Assembly: GCA_030265395.1 (NCBI GenBank)
Contig: JARFYF010000002.1
Span: forward strand, 61,606,850 to 61,670,849
Direction of reading: 5' to 3'
Source of the DNA: Rhina ancylostomus
Taxonomy: Eukaryota
Length of the DNA stretch: 64,000 nucleotides
Part shown: positions 24,387 to 35,330 of the stretch, piece by piece
Position numbering within the stretch: position 1 is the first letter of the stretch
How the letters are laid out: every line of letters begins with the position of its first letter
Position numbers and translations under genes: made by a program
Notes under the pieces: generated by a model
Told to the model about the DNA's origin: nothing
Seen by the model: only the letters and a program-made list of their open reading frames with translations
Database searches by the model: none

Positions 24387-24672
24387 TTAAAACAGAAAAT
24401 GCTGGGGGGGGGGCCCGGGGAAACTGAACAAGTCAGACAGCATGTGTGNNNNNNNNNNGACAGACCACCGTGCGAACACCAAATCCATCCTTCTGTGTTG
24501 GGAGAAGTACAAGTCATGTGCTGCTTCACCTGGAAAGTCTGTTTGGGTCTCTGGGTGGTGGGAAGGGAAGAGGTGGAAAGTGATGATGGAAGATTGCGCC
24601 AGGGAGTCATGAAGGGAGCAATGCCAGGAGGGAAGGGCGAACATGTTTGGTGGTGGAATCTTGTTTGAGGAT
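24387..24672 (-). mobile_element. Penelope-like retroelement ORF remnant (linker + GIY-YIG start) joined to its terminal repeat
   Basis: Minus frames give SLHDSLAQSS and PKQTFQVKQHMTCTSPNTEGWIWCSHGGL, resembling Penelope-like SLRDSLV.S and F.V...FTC.S.NVVYCI.C..CGL.YIGET; terminal repeat at 24387-24448. Confidence 0.8.
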
Positions 24673-25749
24673 AGGTTCTCTGTACAGTGATCACCCTAGA
24701 GTAACGGCATCTTAGTGCAGTTGGAAAGGGTTATGGTGAGACCACTTCTGGAATATCTCTTGACTCTCTACTTAAGGATATACGTGCAATAGGAGTGAAA
24801 TGAATGTTCGTAAGCTTTAGATAACTTGCTCTTTCCTTGTGGTTTGTATGAGAACAGGCTATTTCTGCCTGCCATCGTTTTTTCAGGCTGCTGCCCATCT
24901 TCCTTCCTCCCTCAACGAATGGTGCAATTTCTTTGGTATCATGAGAGTCTGAAATCTTGTAAGCATACAGCACTAGAATTGGGATTGTGGCATGAGAGAG
25001 GGCAACTCTATCACAATCTAGAGTCCTGATGCTGGGGGAGGGGGGTGTGGGCCTGTGTAATAGTCTCTCAAATGTTTCACTGATTAAATGTTTGGGAATG
25101 AAGCATTAATGCCTTTTGACACTTCCAGTGAATGTATTGCTGTGCTTGGTGAAATGAATGAAAATAATTTCCTAAATNNNNNNNNNNNNNNNNNNNNNNN
25201 NNNNNNNNNNNNNNNNNNNNNNNNNNNNNNNNNNNNNNNNNNNNNNNNNNNNNNNNNNNNNNNNNNNNNNNNNNNNNNNNNNNNNNNNNNNNNNNNNNNN
25301 NNNNNNNNNNNNNNNNNNNNNNNNNNNNNNNNNNNNNNNNNNNNNNNNNNNNNNNNNNNNNNNNNNNNNNNNNNNNNNNNNNNNNNNNNNNNNNNNNNNN
25401 NNNNNNNNNNNNNNNNNNNNNNNNNNNNNNNNNNNNNNNNNNNNNNNNNNNNNNNNNNNNNNNNNNNNNNNNNNNNNNNNNNNNNNNNNNNNNNNNNNNN
25501 NNNNNNNNNNNNNNNNNNNNNNNNNNNNNNNNNNNNNNNNNNNNNNNNNNNNNNNNNNNNNNNNNNNNNNNNNNNNNNNNNNNNNNNNNNNNNNNNNNNN
25601 NNNNNNNNNNNNNNNNNNNNNNNNNNNNNNNNNNNNNNNNNNNNNNNNNNNNNNNNNNNNNNNNNNNNNNNNNNNNNNNNNNNNNNNNNNNNNNNNNNNN
25701 NNNNNNNNNNNNNNNNNNNNNNNNNNNNNNNNNNNNNNNNNNNNNNNNN

Positions 25750-26160
25750 AAAAGTCTCTGACTGTCCACTCGATCTATGCCTCTTATCATCTTGTACACC
25801 TCTATCAAGTCACGTCTCATCCTCCTCCTCCTCTCCAAAGAGAAAAGCCCTAGCTCATTCGGCCTCTCCTCGTAAGGCATGGTCTCTAATCCATGCAGCA
25901 TCCTGGTAAATCTCTTCCGCACCCTCTCTAAAGCTTCCACATCCTTCCTGTAATGAGGTGACCAGAACTGAACACAATACTCCAAGTGGGGTTTAACCAG
26001 AGTTCTGTGGAGCTGCAACATTACCTCACGGCTTTTGAACTCAATACCCCGACCGAAGAAGGCCAACACACCATATATCTTCTTAACAACCCTATCGACC
26101 TCTGCGGCAGCCTTGAGGGATCTGTGGATGTGGACCCCAAGATTCCCCTGTTTCTCCACA
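25750..26160 (-). mobile_element. Young 5'-truncated CR1 LINE, ORF2 C-terminal part still open
   Basis: About 135 uninterrupted codons: LGVHIHRSLK...GIEFKSREVMLQLHRTLVKPHLEYCVQFWSPHYRKDVEALERVRKRFTRM...DLIEVYKMIRGIDRVD; 3' end lost in the N gap. Confidence 0.95.
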
Positions 26161-26548
26161 CGTGTACCTCCCAGGTTACAAACACCTGACTTATGGACAC
26201 CCTGTACAAACAAATGAGGGTTTGGGAGACTGACGTGATGGATGGGGATGGATTTTCTGGCTGCTGCGGGACTGCAGGCATCTTGTGCTGGGTGGGAATG
26301 GGGCATTTTCACGTGCCTTGTCTTTTCCACTCCCACCACGAGCTGCAACAATCGGGGGTTGGGTTGAGCTGAGCAGACTCGCTCGCTCCTTGAGTCAGTG
26401 AGTGCAACTGGCTGCCACTCTTCCTGTGCCTGCTCGCTTTCCTGTCACAGCTGTCTCTGTGACCCACTCCCACACACTGTTTTTGTCCATTTCCGACTTA
26501 GGAACAATTGTCGTGAACGGAACCCAGTCGTGACCTGGGGACTACCTG
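26161..26548. mobile_element. Tigger/pogo-like non-autonomous DNA transposon (MITE)
   Basis: Left end cgtgtacctcccaggttacaa matches the reverse complement of the right end (caggtagtccccaggtcacga) at 14/21 positions; subterminal gactta motifs at both ends; no coding capacity. Confidence 0.65.
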
Positions 26549-27744
26549 ATAGTGGTTGATTATATAATTTTTTAAATAAAGCTCATTTCTGGAAAAAGAA
26601 CTCTTTTCTCCCTTCGACTTTAAGGGGAACCTGATCTTTGGAACAAGTAGAATTCTTGCATTGTTGGGGGTCCATTCATAATGAAAGAAGTCATTCCACC
26701 CTAGTGATTGCTTGGGTACTATTTTATTCATAGAAATGACAGTAATGTGGCACAGCTATCTTCTTGCACCCTCGAGATACCAACACAGCTGCTCCTTAGA
26801 AATTAGTTAGACAGTTGGAACGGATGTCTGAAGTCTAACAAGAATGAATAATATCTTGGGGCTTTTCATGCCCCACCTCCATCTTTTGGGCAAGGAGAAA
26901 GCACCTGTCACAACCACAGGATACCTTATTACTCTGCAGATAATTCCAAAGTGTATCACTGTTGTAAGAAATACTTGAGCCAATTTGTACACGGCAAGCT
27001 GCTGAGAGAGTGATGTGTTAACGATCAAATAAGTGCTTGGCATTCAGCAGCATAATGCAGTTGGGGGAACAACCTTCTTTGCTAGATTGAAAAGCAATAA
27101 TTATTTTGGTGTTTAGTGTTACTTTCGAAATCTGATCACATGCACTCATGCAATTTCCATAGGAGTTGCATGCATTATCATTATTTCACCCATACAGTGC
27201 TTTTTTGGAATCCAAATGAAGTTAATGATTGTTACCCAAGAAGTGACATTTGTGGGTTACTTTTAGGGCATTTTGATCCTCTCCTAAGCCACACTGGACT
27301 GAAGCACCTAGCAGCTGAGAAGTCACTTTTTAAAAAAAATTTTTTTCATTGTTCTAGTCCCCAAAGTGCATCAATCACCCAACTTACTGAGGCCCTGGGT
27401 GAAGACCCCACCCCTTGTCGCCAACATCCACAGTCACTGGCAGTAATCTTTAAATGTGACTTGGGACCCAATTTCATTCTTAGCTCATTTAAGGCTTCAG
27501 TTCCTACCACCACATGAAAGCCACATCAAACTTATCTCTCTTTGTCCACAAACCATCTCCCACACTGCCAGGTGGGACATATTTGATTCCAATATTGATG
27601 CAACCCCCCCCCCCTTTAGTTGTGCACGAGGGCTGGCATCCGAAGCAGTCATTGGCACAGCTACAGTGCCCATCTAATGTACTCTTGCGTGTGCATTCAA
27701 ATTTCTACTTCATGCTGTCTTGGATGTTCTTTGAAGAATAACTA

Positions 27745-27870
27745 TTAAATCCCCTAATCTTTAGATAGTGCTATGGGATCTTTTACATCAAGCTGAGGGC
27801 CCATCTGCCCCCAGATAAACCATATCTGAAAGTTGGCACTTCCGACAGTACAGCGACTTCCCTCACTGAT
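27745..27870 (-). mobile_element. DeuSINE fragment
   Basis: atagtgctatgggatcttttacatc...tctgaaagttggcacttccgacagtacagc...tccctca, homologous to the core of the 12.6 and 47.3 kb copies. Confidence 0.65.
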
Positions 27871-28409
27871 GCAATAGCTTCTGTTTTAATTGTTTTTCTA
27901 TGTCAGTTATGGTAAATCTTATTGTGTATATGTAAAAAATATAGCCGGGGTAATCTAAATTACGTATGTATGTATAAGGATTGCAAACTTGTACAACATG
28001 TAAGTTTTACTCTTAAGTAATCTTACTAAACAAAAATTCTAATTTTAGCTGTATTTCTACCTAATGAGTTGCCATGTGTTATGTACTGTGGTCCTTGGGT
28101 GCAACTCAGAAAGGCATCCCTCTGATTCAGGAGTGAGAGAGTTGCCCACTGGGAACTGTCAATGTGCAGAGATGAACGACGCTTTTGAACCTTCAAATAG
28201 CTTGCGTAATATGTTTGCGAAAACTTTGAGGAAGTTCACCTTTGTAATGACATAAGAATTGCGAGCAAGGAAAGCCCATCAGAAAATTACTGCGTTCTAA
28301 CTTGTGCTCAAATCAGGTTTTACGTGATTTAGTACGGATTGTAACATGTTATTGAAGGTGGCAATTCAGAATGTCTGTTCTCCTAGTCGGGCTCACACTT
28401 GCACAGAAA

Positions 28410-28670
28410 GCATGATAGCATTGTGGTTTTTCCAGGCAGCAATGGTATGCCTGGCATGTTATTCCAATGACTATTATTCTGCATGTGGGTGTTAAATTGG
28501 CATCAATCTGAAGTGCTTGGCTTTGCTATTCAGAGTCAGATGCATCTGTGCATGATGCAAATTCATTTTTAATCGTGGACTTTGAAATCTCAGCAGTTCA
28601 TTTTCATTTAAGATATTTTAAAATTGCAGTTTGACTTTTATGCATGACCAGTCTTAATGTTCAACTTTGC
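28410..28670 (+). promoter_or_regulatory. Intronic splicing-regulatory cluster (Rbfox motifs, branch point, TGC)
   Basis: GCATG at 28410 and 28454, TGCATG at 28480, 28549 and 28641; CTTAAT branch-point-like at 28653; TGC at 28668-28670 just before the AG. Confidence 0.6.
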
Positions 28671-28675
28671 AACAG

Positions 28676-28705
28676 CATCTTTGATCCTGGAGTCTATCAT
28701 TCTAG
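28676..28705 (+). CDS. Candidate 30-nt cassette microexon of an unidentified host gene
   Basis: ctttgcaacAG|CATCTTTGATCCTGGAGTCTATCATTCTAG|GTaatt; length divisible by 3; open in phase 1 (xSLILESIIL) and phase 2 (xIFDPGVYHS), stop in phase 0. Confidence 0.55.
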
Positions 28706-29100
28706 GTAATTGCCTCAAGGACCTGTAATGGAAGAAAAATATGAAAACGGGTCATGCAAACAATGTTGTCTGTTAACACGAGATGGTCATAGTCTCACGT
28801 GAAAGGAATTATATTAAAATTGTTCTTTTTCTTCCCTGGAGAACACTAGTCTAGCTTGCTGTTCGTCATTTCCTGATTGCCAAAAATACTTGTTGCATTT
28901 TTCACTGAGCAATATTTGTCTTGTTTAATTGGGAGTTCCAGCCAGCCCTGTATTTTGTATCATCAGCAATAATGCCTGTGGCCTCTTAACTGATATGATA
29001 TCTGATGGCTGAAGCCAGAGATAAGACTGAAGGTTACTGGCACAGGGTTTGAAGCAGGATCTGCACAAATGCAGAGTATTCAGTAGCTCTCTCTGTACAA

Positions 29101-29316
29101 AAGAATATAAGAAAATAGAGCAGGAGTAGATCACTCAGTCCCTCAAGCCTGCCCCACCATTCAATGTAATCATAGCTGATCTGCCCTAGGTCTCCTCTTC
29201 TACGTCAGCTCCCAAGCCCTCAATTCCCTGATATTTCAAAAACTGTGTCTTTCTTTTTTTAAAAGCCCAATGATCTTCCCTCCAGAGTAGAAAATTCCAG
29301 AGATGCACCACCTGAG
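29101..29316 (-). mobile_element. CR1 LINE 3' end
   Basis: aagaatataagaaaatagagcaggagtag...cctcaagcctgccccaccattcaat...aattccagagatgcacca is a reverse CR1 tail. Confidence 0.8.
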
Positions 29317-30690
29317 CCCTCTGACCATTCCCTTCAATTGCCAGCTCAGTGTATATCAACTCAATATAACAAACAAAAACATCCACACAAGCAAATTCCC
29401 ATGACTTGAAAAACAGAATCTGGGTAGTTACACAATAGGTTTTGATGACCTTGTGTTGTGGTCCAGAGAAGTGTCCCAGATCCTTCTCTTGCCAGGGCAT
29501 CCACAGAAGTTACAGCAACTGATCAGGAGTTTGCATTTTCATATCTACCACCCAGGTCTGATTTTTCTTTTAAAAAAAGAAAATGTGTGAATATTTAGGT
29601 AGATTGAATGAACATCAGCAATGATTTATCACTTCCTCTTCAAAACAATGGAACAGAGTGATTCCTGTTGGGAAATCCACATCTCCCATTGAATATTTTA
29701 CTTACTGCAGAGCTAACTAGATACGACCAGTTGCAGCCAGCTCTTTAATTGATGTTAACTATATTTGTTTTTTTAATACAACGGCAAAATGGTAACAACC
29801 TATAATCCTACCAAAGTAAATGATTTCTTCTCGGCTCTCTGCCCTGGAGCTATTCTGTTTATTAAAGCTCTGTTCAACAGAGTGGTTTTAATTTGGGTCC
29901 TTTTTAGGCTAGAAGCTGCAGGAAAGAAATTGGCTGCATCTTTTACATCTTTGTTGTACCAGCAGATAGATGGGCTGTAAAGGGAACGGGCAGATTCTTT
30001 TGGGGGGAGGGAGGGGCACGGGGACAATTCTGGTACAATTTTCTTGTTGCAAATTTGAACTGCATTTTGCCACCTTTATGGCTCTCCAAAATCTGACCAC
30101 AAACAAACATCAAGTGGAAGAAACAACAGGCCAATGATATCTGATGGTTTTATTCTCTCAGATTCCATGCTCCAGTGATTCTTATAACTTTAAGCTGTTT
30201 CTTAACAATTTTCTGTCTATGGATTGAACTCAATTATTAGGGCTAGTATTGGAAGGATGATTCCAATTACTTGTTTGGAAACGTAGTTGCAGTTGTGCAC
30301 ATGCAGAGATGATGATCATCTTTCTACTACAGGATAGCTTGACTGTCACATTTGTCATTAGAATATTCTCTTTTTTTCCTTTTCTAATACGATGTATTCT
30401 GTTTCCACTTTCGGATTAACTTAATTCCCAATGTTACCTTTCGATAACACCAGAAAGAAATTGTTTGTTATAAATTGTGACCCAGAAAGTAATCAAGAAG
30501 TGCTTTTGTGAGCAATTTATTAGAATAAATTTGCTACAGTACAACTTCCTCCAACCTGAATGTCCAAGATTTAAAAGTTTGGTTGTCTTCGCCCTGTTCT
30601 TCCAGTCCCTGCTCTCCATCATGCTAATTGCTTCTGACCATGACAACACGCATTCTTGAAGTGGCAAAATGATTCTTTGGTTGAATGCCC

Positions 30691-30708
30691 TGAAGGTCAA
30701 ATTGACCA
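30691..30708. promoter_or_regulatory. Perfect-core estrogen response element (IR3) with ERR-like half-site extension
   Basis: TGAAGGTCA-AAT-TGACCA: GGTCAnnnTGACC at 30695-30707 in non-repeat sequence. Motif match only. Confidence 0.4.
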
Positions 30709-31117
30709 CTGGTGCACGTTGGATTCACTTTTTATAATGATGCACATCACAGTTCAAGAGTTGATGTTTGATAATGATGCTGTTCTACAAGCACCTTAAA
30801 TTGAACATATGCGCTTACTAGCATTATAAATAATTAAATTGTTTCTGGTGAAAATGAAATATGCAATCTCTAGAATTATGCCACTCCTGGGATTGCAGAT
30901 CTTTAGTTGCCTTCTGCTTTCTGACAATGGTAACTCCTGCAAGGCTACAACAAAAATGAAAATGCTCTTCCTTGTAGGAAGATGTAGGTAATATATCCTG
31001 CCCGCTTCTTACCCATTTCTTACATGGGAATCATTAGCAGTTTTTTTTTTAATAATTATTTTTGCTTGTCTAGCTTCCTGAAAGACAAGGCACTAGAAAA
31101 AGACCACTTGGCTCACC

Positions 31118-31272
31118 AGACCCATAGTAATACATCATGGAAATGGGCCCTTCGGCCCAACTTATCCATGTCGACCATGGTGCCCAACATCCTAGTCCAA
31201 TTTGCCAGCATTTAGCCCACATTCCTCGGAACCCCTCCTATCCATGTACTTTTCCAAATGTTTTTTAATGTC
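31118..31272 (-). mobile_element. CR1 LINE 3' end
   Basis: catggaaatgggcccttcggcccaacttatccatgtcgacc...ctatccatgtacttttccaaatg, a reverse CR1 tail. Confidence 0.8.
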
Positions 31273-32180
31273 ATTTAAATATCATTATTCCAAATGTCTT
31301 TTAAATGTTATGTGGAAGAATGTTTCTTTTGGTTCAGTTATCTATCCAACTTCCTCTCATTCTATTTACCATCTCAATTAACGTGAACATTTGTAATGTA
31401 AGGCTTTTACACAGTGGCTACTATTGATTTTACTGGTGGGTTAACTCATCTTTACTATTTTTTTTTTCCCTATGGGTATCACTTCCAAATGGATGGGTTT
31501 CTCACCATCTAAAGGTTTGAATTCAGTACTACTCTTTGAGACTGCTGACTCAAAAAATCCTGCCAGGGATATTTCTGTTCTGTATTGCAGTGAATAAAAT
31601 ATTACAAGAAGTAGTTGCTACTGAATGATATTTGGAACACTAACTGTCTCATTTGTTTTGGAACTACCACCCGTGAAAATTTTTTTGGCAATTTTAAATA
31701 ATGGAATTAAAAGTATCGACATTGTACCAACAATTGGACAGTTGTCTTTAACATAAATTGTCTTGTGTGCCCATGTGGAAACAACATGGAGCTCTTGGAG
31801 TTTGCTGCTATTAATTGTGAATGAATTTCTTTGCTGGGCTTGAAAAGGGGAAACCTACATAGCAAATGAGCCAAACATCACATTTAGGCAGGGGCCTGGG
31901 TTGACTCTGTATGTAACATATCTGGTGTGGCCCACACATTTGCATAGAACTCGCTATACTGTTTGATAAAATGCCCCCATTGCCAAAAAAATGCCATCAC
32001 AGATGCAAATTTCTCAGTCACGAGGATTTGTTCAAATGTTCATTTGGGTTGAGAAGAAAATTGTAAATCTTTCTCTTGCATATAAAATTGTGTGTGTGTG
32101 ATTTTAAAGTAACAGAGTAGATGAACAAAGATCTTTCATGTGGTGGGTGTTTGGAACTCATGGTCTGCAAATGTGATAGA

Positions 32181-32421
32181 GGGGCAACACATTGCCACAA
32201 CTAGTAGAAGAGCTGTTCTGTAGCTCCAGGGACCTAAATTTAATCCTTGCCTCTGCAGTAGGTGTGGAGTTTGCACGTTCACCCTGTGGCTTCATGGGAT
32301 TCCTCAGGAATTTAATTTTTGCCCCCTCTCTCCCCCACATTCCAAGGTCTTAATTGGTTGTTAGGTTAATTGGCCACTGTCAATTGCCCTATGTATGTAA
32401 ATCAGTGATAAAATCTGTGAA
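32181..32421 (+). mobile_element. HE1/V-SINE-like SINE
   Basis: Decayed tRNA head, then gtgtggagtttgcacgttc...cccacattccaa...ggttaattggccactgt core; runs into a gap. Confidence 0.8.
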
Positions 32422-33749
32422 NNNNNNNNNNNNNNNNNNNNNNNNNNNNNNNNNNNNNNNNNNNNNNGATAAGTGCTGAGAAATTGCTACAAGTTTGAGA
32501 TCAGCAGCTTGACTCCGTGAGGTGTCCAAGATCAGAGTACATTTGGGGAAAATGCTGGGGGAGAATAGTCAGCAACCTTGGGGACCTCTGCTTTGTGCAG
32601 GGGAATTCCAAATTTGGTGGCAGGTAATATGATGAATTGTCGGCAGTTCCATGTAAAACAACTGTCATTTCACTTCAACATATGGCCCACTGCTTGTATT
32701 GGTTACTAATAACTGCACTATCATGAATGCATCTTTTTTTAAAATAAAAACTTAAAGAAATTAAAATGGAACATTTTAACAGTAATGAAACTGGTGGAAT
32801 GTATTTCAAGTATTTTACAGGAAAATGTGCAAATTAAAAAAAATGTATTCCAGAAGGTGCTTGCAGAGAGCTTTCAGTTGTATTGCTGCTTCTAGGAACT
32901 GTCTCTTCTCACATTCTACCACTAGATGATACTACTCCTCTACATATAGTGCCAACAAATTAAAAAGAAGTCTGTTAAGGAAATTAATTTCTGGATTTGC
33001 AATGCCCCAGAGTAATATACCTGATTTTCGTTGCCTTATTTTTAGATTTGTTGGCATTGCAGCATTTTTTTTAACAGAACAACTAAATACTAGTATGCTC
33101 ATCATAACTGGCTTTGTATTTTTATTTAGAAATGTATAGTCATGGGATTAAACTAAAACCATGTAAACAATCATTGGACTTTTCACTAAATTAATAACAT
33201 GGAATATCACAAATATATTACTAGTACACTGTACATTATACTGTATCTACTGGAGTGTAACATATTTATTGATGAATTGTCTAAATCTTTAAAAAAGGAT
33301 ATGTGTAATTCATTAGTGACTTAAATGAATGCAACTCCTTTTTATAGTTTTTAGAACTATTGATCTAATTTAAAGTAGTTACTCCAGGTGTATGATTTTT
33401 CTTTCATTTCACAAAAGCTTTATTTGGGGTCATCTGCCTCTTGCATTTTGTGCTGAGTGGGTGCATAATTAATATTTGCTCATGAACAAAGCTATTTTAA
33501 TAAAGGTTATGACACAAGCTGCATTCTTTTTCTTCCGAATGGACTGCACTTGATTTTTGGTGTTAGATGCACTGCCAGAACTTGTATCCATAGTTTCCTC
33601 CAAACCTGGAAAAGGTGGAATGAACTGATTCTCCACACCTGAGATGTGTCCCAGGTGGCTGTGTGGGCTCTGGTGAAGTCCTGCTCTAAAAACATCTCAG
33701 CAATCTTTGGTTCAGTGCTGTCATTGGGAGTACAATATTCAGCATTGAT

Positions 33750-34209
33750 CTTTTTATTTAAGGAAGGATGTTAGTGCATTGAAAGCAGTTGAGAGAAGGT
33801 TTGCTAGTTTATTACCTGGAATGAATAGATTGTCTGATGAGGAAAAGTTAGACAGGCTGGGCTTATTTGGATTAGAGTTCAGAAAAATGAGGGGGTCTCG
33901 GAAGGGTTGATGTGAATGGTATGTTTCCTCTTGTTGGAGAATCTAGAACTAGGTAGCTGGTCACGGTTTTAAAAATAAGGGTCTCCTTTTTAAATCGAGG
34001 CAAGATTTCTTTTCTCTTTGACAGTCATGAATGGAGTTCTCTTCCTCAAAGGACAGTGGAAGCAGAATCTTCAAATAACTTTGAGGCAAAGGCAGATTGC
34101 TGCTTAAGAAGCAGGCGGTGAAGGTTTAACACTAAGTTGAGGTTACAGTCAGGCCAATCATGAATGTATTGAACAGCAGAGTAAATTCGAGGCTAAGTGG
34201 TCTACGCCT
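33750..34209 (+). mobile_element. CR1 LINE 3' fragment
   Basis: YLRKDVSALKAVERRFASLLPGMNRLSDEEKLDRLGL-type translation followed by a CR1 3'UTR. Confidence 0.85.
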
Positions 34210-34984
34210 NNNNNNNNNNGCCTTCTCCTAGCTTGCAGTTCAAAGGCTTTAAAACTGTTTTTCAAGTCTGATAGACAGAGACATTTGACACTATTCAAGT
34301 TGATTCAAATAACTTAAATCAAAAATGATAAAAACTAAAACATTAACAAATAAAAACATTAAAATAATTTAAACATTTACCTGCACTTAGTGTCACCAAC
34401 CTATGGAAAACCTAAAGTAGTGAATGCAGTCACCACTTGTTTATGAGCCAGCCCTGGCGTAAAACTAAGGAGCCAGGTGCAAAGTGTATCCAGCCCCTCT
34501 CTCCGGTGGAACAGAAGGCCGGATATGCTGGTGTTAATTCTTTTTTCATCATTTCTGATGGTGGCAATTTAGCCAAGAATGAACGGAATGCCAAGACAAA
34601 CTGTGTACGGATGATGCCAACCCTTTCTGAAATTGGGATAGAGGGCTGAAAATGGTTCAAGAATTTGATGCAATTCTACACACAAAGTATGAAAGCCAGT
34701 ATGCTATTACAAATATAGCATATTAAATTGTAATATTTTAAGAGAATGACTTGTACAAATAAAACCCCTTGGAGGGCGGTTCAAATGAGACCTACAGGCA
34801 GTTTAGTTAACTAATTTCTTACTACTTTACACATATACAAAAATGAATTTGTATTTCATGTAGGTTAGGACTGTAAAGTGAATAAAGAATTGGGTCCTAA
34901 ATAGAAATATGCAAAGACATCATTGCTGCAGTTTGTAACTCTGCCCTTTGTCAATGTTTTAAGAAATTGTGCGTATCCCAAAGG

Positions 34985-35330
34985 GTAGAATTTATTGCCC
35001 ATCCTTAATTGCTCTTCAGACATTTTAAACTATACTGTCTGAGTATTGCAGCTACTTGCAAAGTGCTAATAGGCAGGTAAGTTCAAGAATTAGATTTGGC
35101 AATGGATCAGCAAAATATTATCAAGAAAGAATTATGGGGGTCATTAACTTGCAGGAGGTGGTATTGCTATGAGCCTGCTCTTCTCTGTCTCATAGAAATC
35201 CTAGGTTTGAGTGAAGCCACTGGTGAGTTTAGTATATCTTGTGGTTGCTCCAACATTGTTATATACTACAGTGATTGTGTACCAGTCAAGGACGAAATGA
35301 ACGTTTAAGGTGCAATCCTTAATGTTCCCA
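34985..35330 (-). mobile_element. Old 3' fragment of the CR1-clade family seen at 18.2 kb
   Basis: aatttattgcccatccttaattgctctt...gttcaagaattaga...ttgcaggaggtggt parallels 18205-18400. Confidence 0.55.

Noticed and set aside
34215-34680. AT-rich/GC-rich bipartite segments (also ~61.7-62.0 and ~63.0-63.36 kb) resembling old non-autonomous DNA transposons
   Set aside because: Could not establish terminal inverted repeats or a convincing pairwise alignment.
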